The translations under genes and the position numbers were made by a program. A stretch of DNA of 64,000 bases from an uncultured SAR116 cluster alpha proteobacterium. Its GTDB lineage: Bacteria; Pseudomonadota; Alphaproteobacteria; Puniceispirillales; Marisalimonadaceae. Below the pieces are notes generated by a model that ran no database searches, was not told where the DNA came from, and saw only the letters and a list, made by a program, of their open reading frames with translations. The stretch covers positions 11,654 through 75,653 of the forward strand of contig CACAAB010000001.1 of the NCBI GenBank assembly GCA_902530325.1, written 5' to 3'. Positions 12,231 to 21,807 of this stretch are shown one piece after another; the first letter of the stretch is position 1; the number at the start of each line of letters is the position of its first letter.

Positions 12231-12848
12231 TTGATACAATTATATGGTAGAAGAAATTCAATAAACGTCCAAAAGGTTTCATGGACTCTTTGCGAACTTA
12301 ATCTTGAATTTAAATGGCATGATGAGCATGGAAAGTTTGGAAAAGTTAACGTAGAAAATTATGAAAAAATAAATCCGCAACTTATCGTCCCAACTTTAGA
12401 TCACAACGGATCTATAATTAAGCAGTCAAATGCGATTGTGAGATACTTATATAGAAAATATACAGATGTATATGAAATTTCTAAAGACGAAGATATTGCA
12501 ATTGCTGAGTCATGGATGGAATTTCAAACAACTGATTTGCAACTAAATATGACACCTATATTTTGGGGGTTAGTTAGAAATCCACCAGAAGATCGTGATC
12601 AAGAACTGATTGATAAAAATATTATTTTATTAAATAAAAAGTTTGAAATTTTTGATAAATTTTTAGAAGATCATGAATATATTTTAAATAATAAATTTGG
12701 TATGTCAGATATTATAATGGGCGCTGCTTCTTATAGATACCTTTCTTTACCTATTGAACGCCCAAATCTTTTAAACTTAAAAAGTTGGTATGATAAAATA
12801 AGTAACCGTGATTGTTTTAAAAAAAATATTCTTGGTACTTTTGGATAA
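12231..12848 (+). CDS. Glutathione S-transferase
   Basis: 'GRRNSINVQKV', 'INP...VPTL', 'QSNAIVRYL', 'MSDI'. Confidence 0.9.
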   Translation: MIQLYGRRNSINVQKVSWTLCELNLEFKWHDEHGKFGKVNVENYEKINPQLIVPTLDHNGSIIKQSNAIVRYLYRKYTDVYEISKDEDIAIAESWMEFQTTDLQLNMTPIFWGLVRNPPEDRDQELIDKNIILLNKKFEIFDKFLEDHEYILNNKFGMSDIIMGAASYRYLSLPIERPNLLNLKSWYDKISNRDCFKKNILGTFG

Positions 12849-12862
12849 AATTATATTCATAT

Positions 12863-13366
12863 ATGTCTAAATTAATTTTAATACGTCATGCTAAATCTGA
12901 TTGGAGTGTTAATGTTAATGATCTTCAAAGGGGTTTGAATAAAAGAGGTTATAATTCTTGTAGAGTTATTTCTAAAGAACTAAAAAAAAGAATAAATAAA
13001 CCAGATTTGTTTTTAATCTCACCTGCATTAAGAGCAAAATTAACTTACGAAAATATCTTTTTAAATTGGGATGATAAAGATAATAATTTATTCGTTGAAG
13101 AAGATTTATATCACACATCATTAGAACAGATTGAAAAAAAATTAGCTTCCAAAGTACTTGGATTTAGTACTGTGGTTATAATTGGTCATAATCCAATATT
13201 AAATTTATTAATGTATGAACTAACAAGTAAAGGTCATGATAAATTACCAACTAATTTAGTTACTTGTGGTGTTGTTATGATAGAATATTCTGAAAATAAT
13301 TTTAAAACACCAGTTTTTACAAACGGAGAAGTTGTCGATTATTTTTTTCCTAGAATGTATATGTAG
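12863..13366 (+). CDS. SixA-like histidine phosphatase
   Basis: 'LILIRHAKSDW', 'SPALRA..T', 'IIGHNP'. Confidence 0.88.
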   Translation: MSKLILIRHAKSDWSVNVNDLQRGLNKRGYNSCRVISKELKKRINKPDLFLISPALRAKLTYENIFLNWDDKDNNLFVEEDLYHTSLEQIEKKLASKVLGFSTVVIIGHNPILNLLMYELTSKGHDKLPTNLVTCGVVMIEYSENNFKTPVFTNGEVVDYFFPRMYM

Positions 13367-13473
13367 AATTTTAAATCTTTATTCTTAATAAAGATATAAT
13401 ATTATTTCTCTTCTGCTAATTTTATATTAGATTATTTATAGAAAAATTTTTTTAGTTGGAGGTAACAACTTCA

Positions 13474-14358
13474 ATGAAAGTTGGTTTCATTGGTTTAGGT
13501 AATATGGGCAAACCACTTGCTGAGAGGTTACTAAGAAATAATGAACTTTTTGTTCACGATCTTGATCAAGAAAATTTAGAGTATTTTACAAATAGAGGGG
13601 CAACAGCATGCTCTACTCCCTCTGATCTAGCTTCAAACACATCTAGAATTTTTTTATGTTTGCCAACAAGTGCTATCGTAGAGAAAGTCATTAATGGTGA
13701 AAATGGCTTACTTACTACAGTTGCAAAGGATTCTTTCATAATTGATATGTCCACTGGAGAACCAGAAATCACAAGACAAATTTCTAAAACACTTTATTCA
13801 AAAAAAATTAATTTTATTGATGCTCCTGTAAGTGGAGGTCCAAAAGGGGCTAATCAAGGAAATATAGCGATAATGGTAGGTGGAACAGAAAGCCAATTTG
13901 CAAAAATAAAACCTTTAATGGATGATATAAGTTCAAATATTTTCTATGCAGGTAAAATAGGATCAGGACACTCAATTAAAGCTGGCAATAACTTACTTAA
14001 TTTGATTTGTAGGATGGCAACTTTTGAAGTTATTTCATTACTTGTCAAAGATGGTGTTGATCCAAAAAAAGCAGTTGAAATTATTCAAAAAAGCTCAGGT
14101 AGAAACTATGCTACTGAAATCACACTACCTGATAATATTCTTTCTGGTAAAATGGTTCAGGGTTTTAGTACTGGCTTAATGAAAAAGGATGCAGGAGTAG
14201 CAACTAAAATAGCTGATTCAAATAAAGTTGAAATTCCTCTAGGAAAATTGTCTCAAGAACTTTTAAAAAACACTATCGATGAATTTGGTGAAAACGCTGA
14301 TATGAGCAATGTTGCTCTTACCTATGAAAAATTAACTGGCGCTAAAATCCGTCCATAA
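13474..14358 (+). CDS. NAD(P)-dependent beta-hydroxyacid dehydrogenase (3-hydroxyisobutyrate dehydrogenase family)
   Basis: 'VGFIGLGNMG', 'DAPVSGG', catalytic Lys in 'IKAGNN', 'F...LMKKD'; GGAGG RBS before ATG at 13474. Confidence 0.9.
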   Translation: MKVGFIGLGNMGKPLAERLLRNNELFVHDLDQENLEYFTNRGATACSTPSDLASNTSRIFLCLPTSAIVEKVINGENGLLTTVAKDSFIIDMSTGEPEITRQISKTLYSKKINFIDAPVSGGPKGANQGNIAIMVGGTESQFAKIKPLMDDISSNIFYAGKIGSGHSIKAGNNLLNLICRMATFEVISLLVKDGVDPKKAVEIIQKSSGRNYATEITLPDNILSGKMVQGFSTGLMKKDAGVATKIADSNKVEIPLGKLSQELLKNTIDEFGENADMSNVALTYEKLTGAKIRP

Positions 14359-14373
14359 AAATTTATACTCTTA

Positions 14374-16146
14374 CTAAATAATACCATCAAGTGTTGCTTT
14401 AATTTGTAAAGCTAAAAACTTAGAAAAAATTCTGCACTGAGCTAAACTTCCTGCATGAAACCAAAGTCCTGGCTGTTTGGTTTGCATCCACATATTTCTC
14501 AACTCTTGCCTTTCATCATCAAATCCCCAAATAGGACCAATTTTGTCTACAACTGATTTGCCAAATAATTCATCAACAACATATTCTTGGCCTTTATATC
14601 CAGTAGCCGTAACCATCAAATCTATGTCAAGCTTTTCACCTGATTTCATTTCAATACCAGAGGATGAAAAATTTACAATATTTGAAAATTGTAAAACTTT
14701 TATCTTACCATCTGCGATTAAATCTGATGCTCCTACATTAAAATAATAACCACCGCCCCTTGTTAAATATTTAAATTGCCACCCAGAGTTTTCTTCTCCA
14801 TATTCAAGGTTAAAGCCAACTCTTGTAAGTTTATCCAAAAGCGGTTTATCAATTCTCTTTGTTTTTTCAGTTAATAACTGGTGTGTCTTTTTGAGTACTT
14901 GTAGAGGTGTTGAAATGGTTATTAAATCACAATCGTCAGTATTTGGACCTTCACTATATAATTGATATGGCAATTGTGCGCTCGGTTCCACATTGACTAC
15001 CATAGATGGTGAGCGTTGTACGATTTTTACATTTGCTCCGTGCACATAGAGATCTTGTGCAACATCATGTGCACTTGTTCCAGTCCCGTAAACTAGAACA
15101 TTTTTCCCATTGTAGTGTTTTCCATTATCATAATCTGCTGAATGAATAACCTCACCTTTATAGTCATCTATACCAGGTATTTTGGTGCGATTTGGAACTG
15201 AACTTACACCAACAGCCATCACAATATGCTTTGGCTTCATAATCTTAATAGTGCCATCAGATAATTTGAGTTTTACTTTCCAGTGCTTTTTATTTTCGTA
15301 ATATTCCGCCCCAATAAATTTTGTATTAGTCCATGCATTTAATTCCATACTTTCAACATAATACTCAAACCAACCTGCCAACTTATCTTTCGGAATATAT
15401 GTTGGCCAGGTAGAAGGAAAAGGCATATATGGTAAATGATTTACATGTGTCTGATTATGCAATTTTAAAGAATGATATCTATTTCTCCAGTTATCACCTA
15501 TTCTTTCATTTTTATCTACAATAAGTGTGTCTATATTTTGTTGTTTAAGCCTTGCTGCAATTGAAAGACCAGCCTGACCACTTCCAACAACAATCACTTC
15601 TGGTTCCCTATTTTTATAAAGTCTATCTTCATTTCTTTTATCTAACCAATTAGGTCCTTCTAAAATATTTTGATATTGTTCAATATTTTTTTTATCAGAA
15701 GAACTTAGATCACTAAGGGCAGTCAGTAGACTCCATGCTTTGAAAGAACCCTTTCTTTCTTGATCTTCAAATAGACGAACTACTCCCTCACAATTTCCAA
15801 ACTTTGTTTTGAATCTTAAAATAACTTCTATAACATTTTTTCCAGCTCTTATGACTTCTCTAGGAAGTGTTCTTTGCTGGTCAATTTGGAAACTCTTGGC
15901 ATAAACGTCCATTATTTTGTTGTAAAGATTTTCAATTACTTTCGATTTTCCCGATACAGTTTGTATCTTCCATGTAAGGGCTAAAATGTCTCTCCAATGA
16001 CTATCTTCAAAAAATAGATTGGAAAGAATTTTTATAGATTCATCTTTATTTTTTTGCTGTGAAATAGCTTCATTGAAACTATGTAGCCAATTATCCACTT
16101 CACTTCTGATATTAATGATTTGGTTGTCTAACACAGTAAGCCTCAA
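14374..16146 (-). CDS. Type II-like flavin-containing monooxygenase with N-terminal extension
   Basis: 'WRDILALTW' N-terminal domain, 'VVGSGQAGL', 'GDNWRNRY.SL.LH', 'YKGEVIHS', 'GTGTSAHD', 'ATGY'. Start may be GTG at 16134. Confidence 0.85.
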   Translation of the reverse strand: MRLTVLDNQIINIRSEVDNWLHSFNEAISQQKNKDESIKILSNLFFEDSHWRDILALTWKIQTVSGKSKVIENLYNKIMDVYAKSFQIDQQRTLPREVIRAGKNVIEVILRFKTKFGNCEGVVRLFEDQERKGSFKAWSLLTALSDLSSSDKKNIEQYQNILEGPNWLDKRNEDRLYKNREPEVIVVGSGQAGLSIAARLKQQNIDTLIVDKNERIGDNWRNRYHSLKLHNQTHVNHLPYMPFPSTWPTYIPKDKLAGWFEYYVESMELNAWTNTKFIGAEYYENKKHWKVKLKLSDGTIKIMKPKHIVMAVGVSSVPNRTKIPGIDDYKGEVIHSADYDNGKHYNGKNVLVYGTGTSAHDVAQDLYVHGANVKIVQRSPSMVVNVEPSAQLPYQLYSEGPNTDDCDLITISTPLQVLKKTHQLLTEKTKRIDKPLLDKLTRVGFNLEYGEENSGWQFKYLTRGGGYYFNVGASDLIADGKIKVLQFSNIVNFSSSGIEMKSGEKLDIDLMVTATGYKGQEYVVDELFGKSVVDKIGPIWGFDDERQELRNMWMQTKQPGLWFHAGSLAQCRIFSKFLALQIKATLDGII

Positions 16147-16179
16147 TAAATTCGGTGTAATTTTAGATATCTATAATAT

Positions 16180-16193
16180 CAAACTATAGTTTG
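16180..16193. promoter_or_regulatory. Perfect 14-bp palindrome in a divergent promoter region
   Basis: CAAACTATAGTTTG between the monooxygenase and hydratase starts. Confidence 0.3.
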
Positions 16194-16249
16194 TAATAAT
16201 ATAAATTTTTTATAAGATATTTCTACATGATTTTTGTGAAGGATTAATT

Positions 16250-17023
16250 ATGAATAGATTAGAGCAAATTGCACAATTTATGTTAGATCAACATAATTCA
16301 AAACAAAACTATGAAAACTTACCAGAAACATTAATGCCTAAAGATTTTGATGAAGCTTATAAAATACAAAAAATCTTTCAAGAAAATTCTGGAAGAGGTA
16401 GCTTGGGTGGTTTTAAAATTGCTTTAGCTTCCAAAGTGCAGCAACAACTATGTGGGATAGATCATCCTGTTGCTGGTGGTATTTTTGCAAATGAAATCAA
16501 GTCAAGTCCTTCAACCTTTGAATTAGAAAACTTTCATGGATTAGGGTTGGAATTCGAAATAGCTGTAACATTGTCAGATGATTTGAAACCTGAAATGGGA
16601 CCATTTAATAAAGATAATATTAGAGAATTTATAAAATCCCTGTCACCTACTTTTGAATTAATTATAGATCGAAATGCGGATTATTCTAATATAAATCCAC
16701 TATCAATGATAACAGATAATGCTTGGTGTTCTGGTATAGTTATGGGCAAAGAGCTTCCAAATTGGGAAAAATTAAACCTAGATATTGTTAGATCACAATT
16801 ACTTTGGAATGATGAAATTCCCCAAGACGCAATGATAAAGGACGCTAACCCACTTAAGTCATTATCTTGGGTTTCGAACCTATTAACTTCATTGGGAAGA
16901 ACTATCCCAAAAGATAGTGTTATAATTACCGGAAGCGTGATTAAGACTCGTGCTCCTAATAAAGGTGATCACATAATATATAAAGTTGAGGATCTATCAG
17001 AAGTAGAGATTAAGATAATTTAA
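16250..17023 (+). CDS. 2-keto-4-pentenoate hydratase-like FAH family protein
   Basis: 'EAYKIQ', 'GFKIAL.S', 'LEFEIA', 'FELIIDR', 'DNAW', 'ITGSV'. Confidence 0.8.
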   Translation: MNRLEQIAQFMLDQHNSKQNYENLPETLMPKDFDEAYKIQKIFQENSGRGSLGGFKIALASKVQQQLCGIDHPVAGGIFANEIKSSPSTFELENFHGLGLEFEIAVTLSDDLKPEMGPFNKDNIREFIKSLSPTFELIIDRNADYSNINPLSMITDNAWCSGIVMGKELPNWEKLNLDIVRSQLLWNDEIPQDAMIKDANPLKSLSWVSNLLTSLGRTIPKDSVIITGSVIKTRAPNKGDHIIYKVEDLSEVEIKII

Positions 17024-17793
17024 TTTAAAATATTATACTCTAACAATGATCGTATGATCATGTTAATAGCTGATATACTAAAAAAAATGAGTAACAAATT
17101 TTTAAATGTTTTAGCATTTACTTTATTTCTAAGCTTTTCTCCTATTTGAAACCCTATTACTGCAACCACTGACCCAAGAGCTCCATAAATAAACATATTA
17201 GGCTGAAAAACACCTGTTGCAATATATCCAATTGATACAGGTATACACCCAATGGTAATTAAAAAACCACTAACATCAACAAATTGTTTAGGTTTTACAT
17301 TTTTCATTAATAAATACATAGTTACTGGAACTGCCCATATTGATGCTGCACCTCCTACTAAACCTCCTAATGCCCCAAGACCACCTTGCCAAAAATTGTC
17401 ATGATTAGGTTTCATTTTAAAATTAAAACCAAAAACTTGCAGACAAACAAATAAAAGAACTGCAACCGCAAAAATGAGACGAACTACATCGTCTCCAATT
17501 TGATTTGCATAAAAAGAAGTAATTAAGATACAAACTACCAACGACGTAGCGAAATATTTATAATTTTTTACTAATTCTTTAGGATTATCTGCCTTACTCA
17601 ACTGCCAAATGTTTGCAACGGTCATTGGTATTAGATTAAGTCCTAATGCCATTAATGGTGAAACAAAAAAAGTCATAATTGTAATTGCTGTTGTTGGAAG
17701 ACCAATGCCAATTACCCCTTTAACAACGCCAGCAACAAAAAAAGCAAAGCTAACTATTAGTGCAACTTCGTTTGAGTTAGTTAATATATCCAA
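17020..17793 (-). CDS. TauE/SafE (sulfite exporter family) membrane protein
   Basis: 'AGVVKGVIGIGLP' repeat motif, about 8 TM segments, 'IGEKLR....KTF'. Confidence 0.8.
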   Translation of the reverse strand: MDILTNSNEVALIVSFAFFVAGVVKGVIGIGLPTTAITIMTFFVSPLMALGLNLIPMTVANIWQLSKADNPKELVKNYKYFATSLVVCILITSFYANQIGDDVVRLIFAVAVLLFVCLQVFGFNFKMKPNHDNFWQGGLGALGGLVGGAASIWAVPVTMYLLMKNVKPKQFVDVSGFLITIGCIPVSIGYIATGVFQPNMFIYGALGSVVAVIGFQIGEKLRNKVNAKTFKNLLLIFFSISAINMIIRSLLEYNILN

Positions 17794-17878
17794 TTATTAA
17801 ACCTTGAAAAATGTCATTTTATAAAATTTTTAATATCACGTATTTCAAAATTAATTTAGTCATTTCTTTGTAAAAAAA

Positions 17879-18717
17879 TCAGTTCAGCCTTAAAATTATT
17901 ACCCCAAAAAATAAACCTAATATTAATAAACTTTTAGTTAAATTTATCTTCTCTTTTAAGAAAAATACTCCCAATAAAACAGCAAAAAGGATAGAAGTTT
18001 CTCTCAAAGATGTGACCACAGCAATAGGTAAATATAAACATGCCCATACAACTATAGCATAAGCCGCATAAGATGCCGTGCCACCTATAAAAAAATACAT
18101 TTTCCCAGAAAGAATTATTCTTTTTAAAATTTCTTTTTCTTTACAACGCGCAAAAACATAAAAGATAAATCCATTGGCTATAGTCATTACACTATAAAAC
18201 CCTACAGGATTTTGTGTAACTCTTGCCCCGTATCCATCCACAAGAGAATAGCTAGCAATAAAAAACCCTGTAACAACAGCCAAAACAAAGCCTTTAACCT
18301 CAGATTTCTTAAGTAGAAATTGTTTCAAACCATAAATTATCAAAGAAAATGAAATTAAAAAAATGCCAAAGATTTCTTGTTTTGAAATTTCTTCGTGAAA
18401 AAACAAAAAACTTACTATTATATTAATGGAGATAAACCTCTTGCTATAGGATAAATCTCTGACAATTCTCCATATCTATATGCATTTAAAAGGAAAACTT
18501 GATAAAAAAAATGTAATAAAGAGCTAGCTATTATGAATTTCAAACCATCTATGTTCGGCAATCCAAAAAATAAAATACCAATTATAGCAAATGGAATATG
18601 ACCTAGAACCACTGAAGTCATACTTAAGAATTTATCTTCAGATCCCTTTAAAACAAAATTCCAAGTAGCGTGTAGAAAAGCGGCGAATAAAACCGCAATA
18701 ATAATGAATGTTTCTAT
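17879..18717 (-). pseudogene. EamA/DMT transporter split by a frameshift, with no canonical start codon
   Basis: 5' half 'ETFIIIAVLFAAFLHATWN...AYRYGELSEIYPIARGLSPLI' stops at 18418-18420. 3' half 'IVSFLFFHEE...YSLVDG...LRETSILFA' continues in another frame. The expected start reads ATA at 18717. Confidence 0.75.
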
Positions 18718-18931
18718 AATAAAATACCTTTACCCTATTAGATTAATTTTACTAATCTAATCTAACTACAGTAGCAAAGAGTTTTGTAAATAAAAATAGA
18801 ACATGAAAGCTAAAAATTTTGAGTTTCATTTGGTAAAATCTAACTTAATCTCATCAATTCAAACTAAATGAATTCTCAAAACTCTGTCTTTGTAAATAAT
18901 TTTTATTTCAAATTTATTACATTAAAAATAT

Positions 18932-20479
18932 TTAAATCAAAACTTCAATTAGAAATGGGCCTTTTTCTTTAAGTCCATGTTTAAAATATTTTACTAAATC
19001 TTCAATGTTTTCAACTTTAACGGCGTCTACTCCCATTCCCTTCGATATAGAGACCCAATCTAATGCTGGATCTTTTAAAGACAACATTTCCATTGCCGAT
19101 TTTCCTGGGTTATCAACACCTACGTTTGTTAATTCTCCTTGAAGGATCTTGTAACTTTGGTTTGCAAAAATTAGGATAACTATATCTAAATTTTCTCTTG
19201 CCATAGTCCATAAAGACTGGACGGTATACATGGCGCTTCCATCACCTTCTAATGAAATAACTTTTTGATCTGGAGATGATATTGCCGCTCCAATTGCTAC
19301 AGGCATTCCAAATCCTATAGATCCTCCACAGTTATTCAGCCATGTATGTGGATGTGATCCTGAAGTTTGATAAAAGAATTCTCTTCCAGTAGTTACAGAT
19401 TCATCAACTATGATCGCATTTTCTGGGATTAATGCACCTAATACCATTCCCAATGACATTGGGTTAATTGGACCTTTAGGAATGTCTGGAATATCAAATT
19501 TTGAAATAGTACTAGGAGTATTATTTGATATTCCAATCCTATCTGATAACTCTTCGACAACTGTAGTGATATCATCTGATATAGAAGCTAATTCAAAAAA
19601 TTTAGTAGAATCTTGTGTTAAGACACCAGGCTTATTTGGATATGCAAAAAAGGCGACTGGTCGTCTAGCTCCTATTATTATAATGGTGTCAAAGTCTTTA
19701 AGAACTTCAACTGCTTTATCAACGACGTACGGTATTCTTACTGAATTTATTCTTCCCGCACCTTTATCTAAACGAGCATTAAACCAATCAGTTTTAATTG
19801 GACAGCCCACTTTGTCCGCTACTTTTGCCAATTTAATAAGGTTGTTTTCTTCTAAAGCCTCACCACCAACAAGTATTAGAGGGTTCTTTGCATCTTGAAG
19901 TTCTAAAATTGCTTCCTCTATTATTTTAGAAGAAACTATCTTAGATTTCATATTTAATTCCATAGACTCAATTTTGCTTCCTTCATTCCATGCGGTATCA
20001 CCAGGCAAGATTAGAGTTGCAATTTTCCCAGGTTTTATATTTGCTTGTCCAATTGCTTCAGCTCCGTCCTTTGCAATATCTTTTGAAGATTTACTCGTTT
20101 TTACCCAATGTGAAACTGGTCTCGCTATTCCTTCAATATCTGAAGTTAACGGAGCATTTAATTTTATATGATCAAGAGCGTGCTCGCCTACTATATTTAC
20201 AACCCCTGAATTAGCTTTTTTTGCATTATGCAGATTTGCAAGTCCATTTGCTAAACCAGGACCTAAATGTAGTAAAGTTGATGCTGGTGACCTTTTCATT
20301 CTAAAGTAACCGTCAGCAGCACCAGTAGCACAACCCTCAAAAAGACATAACACACTTCGCATATTTTGATATTTATCTAGAGCTGCAACGAAATGCATTT
20401 CTGATGTTCCAGGATTGGTAAAACAGACCTCAACATTACCTTCTAATAAAGTACCAACTAAACTCTCTGCTCCGTTCAC
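18932..20479 (-). CDS. ThDP-dependent enzyme, acetolactate synthase large subunit-like / benzoylformate decarboxylase-like
   Basis: 'MNGAESLV', 'NPGTSEMHF', 'LFEGCATGAADGY', ThDP motif 'GDGSAMY...N'; GTG at 20479 after GGAGG. Confidence 0.88.
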   Translation of the reverse strand: MNGAESLVGTLLEGNVEVCFTNPGTSEMHFVAALDKYQNMRSVLCLFEGCATGAADGYFRMKRSPASTLLHLGPGLANGLANLHNAKKANSGVVNIVGEHALDHIKLNAPLTSDIEGIARPVSHWVKTSKSSKDIAKDGAEAIGQANIKPGKIATLILPGDTAWNEGSKIESMELNMKSKIVSSKIIEEAILELQDAKNPLILVGGEALEENNLIKLAKVADKVGCPIKTDWFNARLDKGAGRINSVRIPYVVDKAVEVLKDFDTIIIIGARRPVAFFAYPNKPGVLTQDSTKFFELASISDDITTVVEELSDRIGISNNTPSTISKFDIPDIPKGPINPMSLGMVLGALIPENAIIVDESVTTGREFFYQTSGSHPHTWLNNCGGSIGFGMPVAIGAAISSPDQKVISLEGDGSAMYTVQSLWTMARENLDIVILIFANQSYKILQGELTNVGVDNPGKSAMEMLSLKDPALDWVSISKGMGVDAVKVENIEDLVKYFKHGLKEKGPFLIEVLI

Positions 20480-20525
20480 AAGACCCTCCAATCTTATTTT
20501 TAATTAACATATCAAAATAAAAATC

Positions 20526-20569
20526 TAATTGGTAATAATTTAATTTTAATTGGTAATAATTTAATTTTA
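20526..20569. repeat. Exact 21-bp tandem duplication
   Basis: TAATTGGTAATAATTTAATTT at 20526-20546 and 20547-20567, plus 2 nt of a third copy. Confidence 0.9.
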
Positions 20570-20603
20570 TGTAAAACTTTATTGAATTTGTTTTGAGAAT
20601 TTT

Positions 20604-20978
20604 ATGTTTAAATCTTTAATAGAGAAAAATGAAAAACGAAGCCAACTTTCTATGATGGCTCAATATCTAAATACATGTTTTATGATTAGTACTATTGAGC
20701 ATGAATATTTAGTAAATATTGAAAAAGGCGTTGTAAAAAATGTAGAAGAAGGACCTTTTGTAATGCCAAGCTATGTCTTTAAATTAACTGCACCTAAGAA
20801 CGAGTGGATAAAATTTTTACAACATACTCCTCAACCGGGGTCACATGATATTATTGCAATGCTTCGAAGAAAAGTTTTGAAATTTGAAGGAGATCTCCAT
20901 CCTTTAATGTCTCACTTACTATACTTCAAATTACTACTGGCCTCCCTAAGACCAGCGGAGAGTAAAAATGAAAATTGA
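20604..20978 (+). CDS. Hypothetical protein, SCP2/sterol-carrier-like fold likely
   Basis: 'EYLVNIEKG.V', 'FKLTAP...W', 'LKFEGDL..LM'; overlaps the downstream hydrolase start. Confidence 0.6.
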   Translation: MFKSLIEKNEKRSQLSMMAQYLNTCFMISTIEHEYLVNIEKGVVKNVEEGPFVMPSYVFKLTAPKNEWIKFLQHTPQPGSHDIIAMLRRKVLKFEGDLHPLMSHLLYFKLLLASLRPAESKNEN

Positions 20979-21807
20979 AAAAGAACCTATTTCTGGTCAA
21001 TATGGAAAATTTAAAATTGATGGTATTGACTATAGGATATATTGGGAAGAAGCCGGTCAAGGCATTCCTTTAGTTTGCCTACATACTGCGGGATCGGATG
21101 GTAGACAATATAGAGCTCTTTTGAATGATAAAAAAATATTAGAAAAGTTTAGGGTTATTGTATTTGATATGCCTTGGCATGGAAAATCCTCGCCACCCGA
21201 AAATGCTAAAGTTGGAAATTATAAACTATCAACGGACTTTTATATTTCTCAAATTATGAGCTTTATAAATGGCTTGGAATTAGTAAAGCCAGTTGTAATG
21301 GGGTGTTCTATAGGCGGAAGAATTATTCTTCATTTAGCAATAAATTTTCCAGATAAATTTAGAGCATTAATTGGGCTTCAAAGTGCTGGTCATTTGGATC
21401 CTTATTACGATGTCAGTTGGTTACATAGACAAGATGTACATGGAGGAGAAGTTTGCGGAGGCATTGCTTATGGCTTGATGGCACCAACAAGTCCTGAAAG
21501 TGATAAGTTTGAAACGATGTGGCATTACATGCAAGGTGGACCTGGAATTTTTAAGGGAGATTTATTTTTTTATAAGTTCGACGGAAATATTGGCAATGAA
21601 ATAAAAAAAATTGATAATTCAAAATGTCCAATTTATTTATTAACTGGTGAATATGATTACTCAGCAACACCAGAGGAAACAAAATCTCTAGCTGACACTA
21701 TTGGTATCGAAATGATCAAAATGAAAAATGTAGGCCATTTTCCAATGAGTGAAAATCCAAAAGAATTTTTAAAATACCTTCATCCAGTCTTAAATAAAAT
21801 TAGTTAG
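20968..21807 (+). CDS. Alpha/beta hydrolase
   Basis: 'LHTAGSDGRQY', 'FDMPWHGKS', nucleophile elbow 'GCSIGG', 'GEYDY', 'GHFPMSENP'. Confidence 0.88.
   Translation: MKIEKEPISGQYGKFKIDGIDYRIYWEEAGQGIPLVCLHTAGSDGRQYRALLNDKKILEKFRVIVFDMPWHGKSSPPENAKVGNYKLSTDFYISQIMSFINGLELVKPVVMGCSIGGRIILHLAINFPDKFRALIGLQSAGHLDPYYDVSWLHRQDVHGGEVCGGIAYGLMAPTSPESDKFETMWHYMQGGPGIFKGDLFFYKFDGNIGNEIKKIDNSKCPIYLLTGEYDYSATPEETKSLADTIGIEMIKMKNVGHFPMSENPKEFLKYLHPVLNKIS

Noticed and set aside
13375-13395. Inverted repeat ATCTTTATT-CTT-AATAAAGAT
   Set aside because: Almost all A/T, weak stem, and expected by chance at this composition.
14374-16146. Flavin monooxygenase as trimethylamine monooxygenase
   Set aside because: 590 aa with a long N-terminal extension, unlike the shorter Tmm-type FMOs; no methylamine genes nearby.
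18932-20479. Biosynthetic ilvB/ilvI
   Set aside because: NPGTSE-type subfamily with no ilvH or ilvC beside it.
20526-20569. CRISPR repeat
   Set aside because: Two abutting copies, no spacers and no cas genes.
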